The position numbers and the translations under genes were made by a program. A DNA stretch of 27,709 nucleotides from Victivallales bacterium. Its GTDB lineage: Bacteria; Verrucomicrobiota; Lentisphaeria; Victivallales; Victivallaceae. This document shows positions 1 to 8,010 of this stretch, in pieces; within the stretch, counting starts at the first letter, position 1, and each line of letters begins with the position of its first letter. The notes under the pieces are model-generated. The model was not told the origin of the DNA. It was given only the letters and a program-made list of their open reading frames with translations, and did not search any database. Location of the stretch: the NCBI GenBank assembly GCA_030634125.1, contig DAOWBJ010000001.1:1-27709 (forward strand), given 5' to 3'.

Positions 1-2
1 CA

Positions 3-1640
3 TCAAAATCTGAAATTGATAAAGAAATCGAAGCAATACAGCAAAAACGCGCGAAACTTCAGGATATTGTGAATGAATTCGATAAAATTAGTGATGAATT
101 TGAGGTTATTGATGAAGAACTCAGGAAAGCTCACCTTAAAATACTCAAAGAACGTGAAAAAGAGTTAAAAGAGCATGATAAAAAAATCAAGGAACTGAAA
201 CTTAAAAGAAAATCCATGAAAAAAACTGAATTCGCATCAAAAAAACTAATTTTTTCATCTGATCCCATCGGGAAAGAGAAAATTATACAGTCAATTCTCG
301 CGAATGACGGATATACCGACTGGGACGACATGTATTTCCTCGGATTTACTACAGATGACATCCATGAAGCGCAGAAACTCGATTTGTGGACAAATGATTT
401 GATTCGCGCGTACAAAGACGGGAAAACCGACATAAAAGAAATGGCAAAGGAAAAAGCTCTCATCCAAGCCGAGAAACAGAAACAAAAAGCATTGAAAATC
501 ATTGAAGACATCGATTCAGGTAAACATCTTGAAATAATTGATGACAAAATGGGTCCACAACCTTGTATGATGCCTTTTTCCACAGAAACGAAGCTGAAGT
601 TTGAATCTGACCCCGTTTTCAAGAAAGCATACATGGAAAGTGCAAAAAAGATGGGTTTTGCGGCTTCAGGTGAAAGGGAGTATTCTCGGGGCGGGAATCC
701 CGAAAATACCGGTGAATTCTCACAAAATGCCGGCGCTGGCGGTGAAACCGCACCAAAAACAGATGAAACCGCACCAAAAACCGACGAAACTCAACCAAAA
801 ACGGACGGAACACAACCAAAAACGGACGGAACTCAACAGACACAGCAACCGGCACCACAACCACCTGCACAGCAGCAACAAAAACAGCAAAGAAATTATA
901 CACCTGACGAAATCGAGCAACGCAGTTATTACAAAGAGAATTACGACAATATCGACGACGAATATCTCGATTTAGCCGACGATTTGGGTGTTAGTTATGA
1001 TGATATCGCATCTTTCCAAGATAACGGATTTTATTTAACGCCTGAAGAAGTCCTCGAAGCCAGAAATCTTGGAGTTACCGCCCAAGACGCATGGAACGCA
1101 TGGTCAATTACAGGTGAAGATGACATAGATTTAGCCGACGTCCAACAAATATTAGCAGAAAATAACCAGCAATTTGGAAGTGTCAAAACATTGGGATTTC
1201 AGACGAAAGAGGTAAAAACACCTGAGAAATCCACAATTAAGATCGAAACTTTTGATTCAAAGCTGAAATTCCGGGCTGGTGATAAAAAACAGTTGAAAAA
1301 GAAGGTAAAACCTGTAAAAACCACTGTTACCACAACAACTTACCTGAAAAAGAAAGAGCCAAAGCGCGCAAAACAGCAAAAACGCGGGGACGTTGACCCA
1401 GAGAACATTCCCCAGAAGAAAGAAGTGAAATTTTCATCGGATTCGGACAAACCTGAAGATGGATATAAAAAGCCGGACAAACCTGAAAATATGTCACAAG
1501 ATGATTACGACATGGCAATACAAATCATGATTGGTGGCGGAAACTTTGAAACTAGTGAAGAATTTCCTGAATGGGTTCAGAAAGAACAAAAAAGACTGAA
1601 AGGTGTTGCAAGAAGGTTGGGATTTAACGTTGACGATTAA
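3..1640 (+). CDS. Large charged low-complexity phage protein, 5'-truncated (>545 aa), possibly virion or head associated
   Basis: The frame is open from base 3 (SKSEIDKEIEAIQQKRAKLQDIVNEF...), so the track start at 69 (GTG) is probably not the true start. It has a Lys/Glu coiled-coil N-part, an EYSRGGNPENTGEFS motif, a TQPKTD repeat linker, an acidic helical block and a basic C-part, and lies upstream of tail-like genes. Confidence 0.8.
   Translation, partial: SKSEIDKEIEAIQQKRAKLQDIVNEFDKISDEFEVIDEELRKAHLKILKEREKELKEHDKKIKELKLKRKSMKKTEFASKKLIFSSDPIGKEKIIQSILANDGYTDWDDMYFLGFTTDDIHEAQKLDLWTNDLIRAYKDGKTDIKEMAKEKALIQAEKQKQKALKIIEDIDSGKHLEIIDDKMGPQPCMMPFSTETKLKFESDPVFKKAYMESAKKMGFAASGEREYSRGGNPENTGEFSQNAGAGGETAPKTDETAPKTDETQPKTDGTQPKTDGTQQTQQPAPQPPAQQQQKQQRNYTPDEIEQRSYYKENYDNIDDEYLDLADDLGVSYDDIASFQDNGFYLTPEEVLEARNLGVTAQDAWNAWSITGEDDIDLADVQQILAENNQQFGSVKTLGFQTKEVKTPEKSTIKIETFDSKLKFRAGDKKQLKKKVKPVKTTVTTTTYLKKKEPKRAKQQKRGDVDPENIPQKKEVKFSSDSDKPEDGYKKPDKPENMSQDDYDMAIQIMIGGGNFETSEEFPEWVQKEQKRLKGVARRLGFNVDD
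744..836 (+). repeat. In-frame 21-bp tandem repeat, about 4.5 units
   Basis: gaaaccgcaccaaaaacagat / gaaaccgcaccaaaaaccgac / gaaactcaaccaaaaacggac / ggaacacaaccaaaaacggac / ggaactcaa, encoding ETAPKTD-ETAPKTD-ETQPKTD-GTQPKTD-GTQ. Confidence 0.95.
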
Positions 1641-1656
1641 ATAATAAGGGGAACTA

Positions 1657-2004
1657 ATGCCGAATGATGAAAAAAAGCTAGAAGTAATTAATCCCGCTAC
1701 TGAAGAAAACCTGGCGCGGATTATGCATTATGGCGGCGTTCCATTACTTCAGGAGTTCAATATTCTAATCACGGCTTCGAAATTTGTTGACGCTATGATA
1801 CTTTTACAGATTTCCGAAGTAGGATATTACAGAAACCTGCTCGACAAAATAATATTACAGACAGAACCGGAAAAAATGAGACAAATTATCATCCAGAAGA
1901 TAGGGAAAGAGGATGAAGCTGAGGATTCATTAATTGATACGATTTTAGATGAATCAGAGCGATCTTTAGAAGGAATATTGGACTTTAATCAACCTGGAGA
2001 GTAA
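1657..2004 (+). CDS. Hypothetical helical protein, 115 aa (position fits a head-tail adaptor or chaperone)
   Basis: SD AAGGGG before ATG; tightly packed between its neighbours. Function inferred from position only. Confidence 0.7.
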   Translation: MPNDEKKLEVINPATEENLARIMHYGGVPLLQEFNILITASKFVDAMILLQISEVGYYRNLLDKIILQTEPEKMRQIIIQKIGKEDEAEDSLIDTILDESERSLEGILDFNQPGE

Positions 2005-2427
2005 ATGGCTGACGAATACACTATCGCGAAGTCAATTGAAACGCTTATAGTCGCTGCCGGCTATAAGCGTACTAAAATTATTGACTCGTTCCCTCAAAAA
2101 AAGCTCCAGAATCATCCTGATAAACAGGTTTTCATACAGATTGTCAACGCGGACATGAATATTTCCGATACTGATAAACGCGGACTGGTAACAATATTAG
2201 TAACAATCATCGTTAAATCACAAAATGATTCCTGGGGTGTGAAAAATACCAAAGAAGTATTCGAACATAAGACAATTATCGAGAAATTACTGTCGGAATA
2301 TCGTCAAAGCGATGCGAATCAAGGATATATCAAAAATGTCAAGAAATCGGGCTATCCTGTCTCAAAAAATGCTCAATGGGTATCAGCATTAACAATAATA
2401 TTTATTTCACCGTTCGAGATAACATAG
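2005..2427 (+). CDS. Putative tail terminator / head-tail completion protein, 140 aa
   Basis: SD GGAGAG; starts directly after the upstream TAA. Size and the helix then alternating beta-strand pattern (QVFIQIV, LVTILVTIIVK, WVSALTIIFI) fit lambda gpU-like terminators. No direct homology test. Confidence 0.5.
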   Translation: MADEYTIAKSIETLIVAAGYKRTKIIDSFPQKKLQNHPDKQVFIQIVNADMNISDTDKRGLVTILVTIIVKSQNDSWGVKNTKEVFEHKTIIEKLLSEYRQSDANQGYIKNVKKSGYPVSKNAQWVSALTIIFISPFEIT

Positions 2428-2436
2428 GAGGTACAA

Positions 2437-3189
2437 ATGACAATGCAAATACAAAATTACATGAAAGAATTAGGGATTTCAGCGGGAATTCTGTCGTTAA
2501 TTGGCATGGGGAAGTTCCCGGGGTTAATTCCGGTTCGATTATCAGGTATAAATGCAGACGTTGACACAACTGACGAAGGTATTTGGGAAAAAGGCGGTGC
2601 TTTCACATGGTTATCGGCTGCTGAAAAACTGCAAGTGAAAAGTTCCGACGGTAAGGACACTTCTGACGGTGTGGGCGCGCGTACAATAGAAATAACAGGA
2701 CTTGACGCCGATTATGCGATTCAAACCGAAACAGTCATCATGTCAGGTGCAGCGGCGAAGGAAACCGCGAATACTTATCTCAGATTTCTAGGCGCCGAGG
2801 TAAAAACAGTCGGGACCGAACTCGATAATGCCGGGAATATCACGATAAATGATAACGCCGACACAAATACCATCGGCTACATCCCTGCGGGGTATAATAA
2901 ATCATCCGGTGTTTACTTTACAGTGCCAGTTGGTAAAACTTTGTATGTTTGCAGCCTGAATATGAGTGAGTCCAACATAAAAATAGCGAATTTTGCGATT
3001 ATTTACAAAAAATTCGGTTCACCGCTTACAAAATCTATAATTTGTTCAATCGAGAATAACACATCGAACATATTTGTTGAATTCCCGTATAAAATCGAGG
3101 AAAAATCAGATGTTTACGTTGTGGCGGCGTCTCCGGATTCAGACGCATACGCTTCCTGCATATTATTCGGGTTTTATGAAACAAATTAG
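2437..3189 (+). CDS. Conserved beta-rich phage protein, 250 aa, probable virion component
   Basis: SD AGGAGG. The motif string GINADVD..EGIW..GG.FTW...SSD..D...GVGARTIEITGLDADY...NAGNITI...FTVPVGKTLY matches a family I recognise from environmental phage structural regions. Confidence 0.7.
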   Translation: MTMQIQNYMKELGISAGILSLIGMGKFPGLIPVRLSGINADVDTTDEGIWEKGGAFTWLSAAEKLQVKSSDGKDTSDGVGARTIEITGLDADYAIQTETVIMSGAAAKETANTYLRFLGAEVKTVGTELDNAGNITINDNADTNTIGYIPAGYNKSSGVYFTVPVGKTLYVCSLNMSESNIKIANFAIIYKKFGSPLTKSIICSIENNTSNIFVEFPYKIEEKSDVYVVAASPDSDAYASCILFGFYETN

Positions 3190-3196
3190 GTAAGAA

Positions 3197-4057
3197 ATGG
3201 CAAAAAAGCAGAATTTACCGCCAGGAATAAGCAGATTCGATGTTGAACAGCCTGAAATGACATCGAGTTCAGACGACGATATGCGCTTGAAGGAAACAAT
3301 AAAAGAAGCGTTCCTGGAAGCATTGCGCGAACATCATTCTGAAATCCGATCAGAAACACAGCAAGAAGGCGAAAAACGCGAAAAAAGAATCGCGGACGAA
3401 GAAGAAGCGAGTCCCAAAGGATTGTCAGCCGCTTTCGAATATGTCAAAAATGAAATAACCGGCGGGATTTTTGATAAAGAAGGAGGAGGACTGACCGCGA
3501 CGCAGGTCGGCGCTTTAACAACAGTTGGAACCGGAATATCAAGCTTAACTGACCCGATGACATCAAATTTGCGTACAGCGATAGATGTTGGACGGCAGGC
3601 GACAAAAGCGTCAATTTATACTGGCACAAGCGCAGCTTTAACCGCTGGTTCCGCAGGACAAATGGACACAATGTCCAAACACCAATTATCGAAATGGGCT
3701 TCTGATATCGCGGTGGCGTTATTCGACGGAATAACACGGAAAATAAGCATGATGGAGTCGGAAACCGTATCGGGATTAGGCGGACAATTTCAGGAATTGC
3801 AAAAAGCAGGACTTTTGGAGAAACTATCGCACACTGAAAAGAGTGAACTCGCAGATATTTATGCAGCGCAAGCAAAACGATCAGTTGACGCACAAACGCA
3901 AGCTGCAAAATATGGCGGCGCAGCGGTCGGACGCACTTTAGACGAAAGGGAAGCGGGATATATTGAAGTTAAAATGCGGGGCGCCCAAGAACAGAAACAA
4001 ACCGATATCGATCAATTAATTAAATCTTATAAAGTAAAGAAAGTTGATGACAGGTGA
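3197..4057 (+). CDS. Ala/Gly/Thr-rich helical protein, 286 aa, short tape-measure-like or ejection protein
   Basis: Charged coiled-coil N-terminus, a G/A/T-rich hydrophobic middle and a helical Ala/Gln-rich C-terminus; lies just upstream of Dit/hub-like genes. Confidence 0.45.
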   Translation: MAKKQNLPPGISRFDVEQPEMTSSSDDDMRLKETIKEAFLEALREHHSEIRSETQQEGEKREKRIADEEEASPKGLSAAFEYVKNEITGGIFDKEGGGLTATQVGALTTVGTGISSLTDPMTSNLRTAIDVGRQATKASIYTGTSAALTAGSAGQMDTMSKHQLSKWASDIAVALFDGITRKISMMESETVSGLGGQFQELQKAGLLEKLSHTEKSELADIYAAQAKRSVDAQTQAAKYGGAAVGRTLDEREAGYIEVKMRGAQEQKQTDIDQLIKSYKVKKVDDR

Positions 4058-4060
4058 TAA

Positions 4061-5461
4061 ATGACAATAGCACCAAAATATGGGGACTACACGATACTTA
4101 ATCCAGTTGGGGATCCAAGCTACACGCAAGTTGGACGTCAGGCGACCTACACAATTGCTTTTTTGCTTCAAAGTTCGTCTGATTCTGGATTACTTGCTCT
4201 CGAAACCGCGGCGCGATCGGCAATAAATAAAAATAATCAAAAATTAACAGTAAAAAAGGGATTATCGACAAATTATACTTTCGCGGTAGCGGATAAAACC
4301 GCTATTGAAATATCCGGGAAGTTCGACCGCTTGGAATCAGTCGGCTTCACTTATTTATGCCGCGCTTCTTTCACAATTGAACTACCTTCAGACGTTTTAG
4401 GCATCGCCGCCACCGGAAAAACGCCTTATGCCGCTGGAATGAGTGATTTGACTGTCGATTTACGGTTCACCACATCAGAATTAATGAACGCGGAATTTAC
4501 CGGCGTTTACACAGCCGCTTCTGGAACCGACGCAGAAACTAATTATGCAAACGCCACTTCAGGCGCCAAGGCAGTCGCGGAATTATGGCTGACAGATTTC
4601 GGTGGTGACTGGGAATTGCAACCAGAAGTTAAAAACTATAACGAAACAGATACACGGATAAACTTTTCTTTATCTTATCAACAAAGATTGGTTGTAAAAG
4701 GTGCTTCGGGCGATTCTTACAAATGGCGGTCAATCAGAATCGTAAAAGATGCTGGTAAAATATCAATCGCCACTGCTCCAGAATACGCATTTTTACAAGG
4801 CAAACAATCTGGTCCAATTCCAGTAGCGGAAGCAACTTTCAATTATAATATTCATGCGATTGTTGACGTTTTAGTATCTAAGAAAACTTATACATCGAAA
4901 GAGCTTGAAGATTTATTCGATGATGACATCAGAGGAACCTTATTAACGATATTGGGTGACACGTTCGAATCGGATGCACAAATCAACACAAAACGGATAG
5001 AATGTGACCCCGTGCAAAATACCATTGTTGTATCAATGACATTAAAACAATCAACATCAGCCGGAATTTACACACTTCGATACAAAGAAAGTTTAACTTT
5101 CGAATCAATGTCGAGAATTCTAAAAAAACCTGATTCTTTGTCACACACAGCGGATATATTCGAGCCTGGCGCAGAAATCCACATGACACAAATTATTTCG
5201 GCAACAACAGAAAAACCTATAAATTTATGGTCAGGAAATTTTATGCCAGGAAAAATATGGGCGCCGGGAACTCCAGGCTGGAAATTAATGCGCGCGCAAG
5301 ACGACTTGGAGGATGAAGTGTTTCCTGAAGATGATGAAGGCGCGATCACTTTCACACAATTTATGACGCGAACGTTTATCTGGTTAAGCAGTGACGTCCA
5401 AGCACGACAAGCACCACAAACAGATATGCCGAGCGCGGCAACTGGAAGATTATCGATTTAA
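4061..5461 (+). CDS. Beta-rich structural protein, 466 aa (distal-tail/Dit-like position)
   Basis: Long clean ORF with repeated alternating beta-strand segments (ATYTIAFLL, CRASFTIEL, INFSLSYQQ, FTQFMTRTF). Role inferred from position. Confidence 0.5.
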   Translation: MTIAPKYGDYTILNPVGDPSYTQVGRQATYTIAFLLQSSSDSGLLALETAARSAINKNNQKLTVKKGLSTNYTFAVADKTAIEISGKFDRLESVGFTYLCRASFTIELPSDVLGIAATGKTPYAAGMSDLTVDLRFTTSELMNAEFTGVYTAASGTDAETNYANATSGAKAVAELWLTDFGGDWELQPEVKNYNETDTRINFSLSYQQRLVVKGASGDSYKWRSIRIVKDAGKISIATAPEYAFLQGKQSGPIPVAEATFNYNIHAIVDVLVSKKTYTSKELEDLFDDDIRGTLLTILGDTFESDAQINTKRIECDPVQNTIVVSMTLKQSTSAGIYTLRYKESLTFESMSRILKKPDSLSHTADIFEPGAEIHMTQIISATTEKPINLWSGNFMPGKIWAPGTPGWKLMRAQDDLEDEVFPEDDEGAITFTQFMTRTFIWLSSDVQARQAPQTDMPSAATGRLSI

Positions 5462-5469
5462 GGAATATT

Positions 5470-7755
5470 ATGGCAACACGGATTAATGAGTTTTTCAAAT
5501 TAGTAAAAGGAAACGACGAGGGTTCCGGCGGTGTTTCATATATCCCATTATTTAAACTTGGTGGCGTACAAATAACCTGTCCAGAAGGTTTTATTTGGCG
5601 TTTTATTTCAGGTTTGTCGCCTTACATGACTTTTTACGTTGATTTAGATGATACCATAAACGACATTTATGATGCAGCTGGCGGGGCGCTTCAAGATTTA
5701 GCAATTAGTTTTGAATACAAAATTTACATGCTTTCGACTTCCGGGATAGCATATTTCGAGGGAACGATCCCAAATTTGTTCGTCCTCGAGCGCAGAATCG
5801 AAAAAAGACAAGGGTTGTCATCGTTATTAATATCAGACGCGAGGTTTTATCTCAAAAATATTCAATATCCTTCAAGGTTCAACCTTAAAAGAAAAATTCC
5901 AAGGAATAAAGTTCTAGAAGATTTGGCACGAAAATTAAAAGATGTCTATTCACTGCCAACGTGGGCTTATTATCCTGAGACGCTTAACAACGGAGTACCG
6001 TGGACAGCTCTGGAAATCGCGGATGAGATGTTAAAATCATACCTTAATTTTTATGAAGGCGAAATCGAAATAGTAAAACCATTGCCCGGACAAACCGACA
6101 ACAAAGGACCGCAACCTGACGACCAGGATATAATCGGTATTCAAGTTAAAGACGTAATCGAATCGAATTTATTGCGCGCGCGTCGAAATTTAGGGTTTTT
6201 TCCTGATGGAAAATTTTACATATACGATTTAGACGACGACGATTTCACTCGGTATTTAGCTTTGGGCGGATTAACATTGGAGGAAAAAGAGAAACATATT
6301 AATCCTACTTCAGGGGCTTTATTCTTAAATAGTTTGTGGAAACAACGCGCTTATAAAGCAAACATCGGATTTTACAAAGAATATGAAATATTGGCGGAAT
6401 TCAACACAAATTTTGACACTTCCGAGCAAGAAGAAGCATATCTAAGCGAAGATACTGTAATTGTTGATGCACACGAAGATGGTGAAGAAATAAAAGACGC
6501 GCCGGACACTTTTGGGTATCCAAAAACACCGCCAGTATTCGAAAAACAACCAAGTAAAGTAAAATTGCACACAACAATGATAAATGTTGCACCAGCACCG
6601 TTCAGAATGACAATTCAGGGTAAAGAAATCGCTGCTGGGACATATTTACCGATAAAATTCTATTTAGAAGAATGGAACATCGACGAACAATTAATACTCG
6701 ATAAGTGGTTCGGGCATTATTGGAAATGGGATATTCTCATAGAAGAATTCAAAACCTCAAAGATAGCGACTGACCTTATAATGTCAACGCCAGAATATCG
6801 CGCTAAAGTTAATCTTGTATTGAATCATTGGAGTCAAACCTTCCAAATAGATCCAAATTACATGAAATCTGTTGAATCTTTGCGTGCATCAAGAACAATG
6901 GTTATAGATTCAGTATCCGGGACCATACTACCGTCTGTAGCATGGACAAATTATACAGTATTTCCAGCGGTTTATCCGCCGATTGATTTTTGCGAGGAAT
7001 TCGGGATAGATACTTCCGAGCTTAAAATGGGCGAACCGATTATTCACGCACCAATGGATGAAAACATAACAACTGTGATAAAAAATCAGACATCGGATTA
7101 CACTATAAACTTAGTGCCTGGACAAGAAAAAGCCGGAATAATAAATATATCACCGATGGCAGATGTCCACGGCGTGAATTATCAAATGGTTCATCGAGAC
7201 GCCATAGCTGATACCCTTCCGAAAGTTCCAAAAAGCACAGGCGCGATCCCATTTATGAAAACTAAACTGAATCCAAACTGGCGGTTAGTAGTTTTACTAT
7301 CAGCAACGTTTTTAGTCCCAAATAATCGTAAACAGGTGCATTGGGAAACAATAAAGGCGTCAGAACGAGGGGAGAAAGGTAATAGTTTTGTCGCTTACGA
7401 AAAAATATCCCGCGCGATAGTCGCAAGGCATGAAATAGATACTGACGACGAAGATGATGTCATTTTGTCAGTAACTAAAGAACCATCAAATAAAAAAGCA
7501 ATTGAAGCAATCGCAAAATCAGAAGCTATGGTTTATTATCATCAATTATCAGATAGAATTGATGGACACGAAACTTATAATGGGATTTACCCGATTCCAC
7601 TTTTTGCAAATATCGGCGCAATAAGTTACAATTTTGGAATCGAAGGCGTAACGACACATATAAGTGCAGAACAAATTCCGCCGGTAAAGGATACACTCGA
7701 TAATTTGCCAAAAGATTTAAGACGAAAAATGAGACAATGGTTAGCGATAAAATAA
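5470..7755 (+). CDS. Putative baseplate hub / tail tip protein, 761 aa
   Basis: SD AAGGAA. Beta-rich N-terminus then WTALEIADEML...VKDVIESNLL...LGFFPDGKFYIYD, a pattern typical of gp27/Tal-like hub N-terminal domains. Confidence 0.55.
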   Translation: MATRINEFFKLVKGNDEGSGGVSYIPLFKLGGVQITCPEGFIWRFISGLSPYMTFYVDLDDTINDIYDAAGGALQDLAISFEYKIYMLSTSGIAYFEGTIPNLFVLERRIEKRQGLSSLLISDARFYLKNIQYPSRFNLKRKIPRNKVLEDLARKLKDVYSLPTWAYYPETLNNGVPWTALEIADEMLKSYLNFYEGEIEIVKPLPGQTDNKGPQPDDQDIIGIQVKDVIESNLLRARRNLGFFPDGKFYIYDLDDDDFTRYLALGGLTLEEKEKHINPTSGALFLNSLWKQRAYKANIGFYKEYEILAEFNTNFDTSEQEEAYLSEDTVIVDAHEDGEEIKDAPDTFGYPKTPPVFEKQPSKVKLHTTMINVAPAPFRMTIQGKEIAAGTYLPIKFYLEEWNIDEQLILDKWFGHYWKWDILIEEFKTSKIATDLIMSTPEYRAKVNLVLNHWSQTFQIDPNYMKSVESLRASRTMVIDSVSGTILPSVAWTNYTVFPAVYPPIDFCEEFGIDTSELKMGEPIIHAPMDENITTVIKNQTSDYTINLVPGQEKAGIINISPMADVHGVNYQMVHRDAIADTLPKVPKSTGAIPFMKTKLNPNWRLVVLLSATFLVPNNRKQVHWETIKASERGEKGNSFVAYEKISRAIVARHEIDTDDEDDVILSVTKEPSNKKAIEAIAKSEAMVYYHQLSDRIDGHETYNGIYPIPLFANIGAISYNFGIEGVTTHISAEQIPPVKDTLDNLPKDLRRKMRQWLAIK

Positions 7756-7764
7756 GGAGCGAAA

Positions 7765-8001
7765 ATGATTACAGAACGCGATGTCGATAAATACGTGAAA
7801 TTTATTACACCTGTAGAACCGTGTCCACCAGACACGATAGCTCAAATACGAAATGTTGACGGCGAAATGATTATTGTTCATGCGATGAAACTTGGAATAT
7901 TAATAAGATTCGACTCACAAGAAGAATTTACCGAATCTACGACGATAATCGAAGTCGCACGCTGTGAGCATTGCGGAAGCATCACTGGTGAAAAAAAATA
8001 G
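7765..8001 (+). CDS. Small hypothetical protein, 78 aa, with C-terminal CxxC
   Basis: SD AAGGAG; in the operon; ends RCEHCGSITGEKK. Confidence 0.8.
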   Translation: MITERDVDKYVKFITPVEPCPPDTIAQIRNVDGEMIIVHAMKLGILIRFDSQEEFTESTTIIEVARCEHCGSITGEKK

Positions 8002-8010
8002 GAGAATAAA

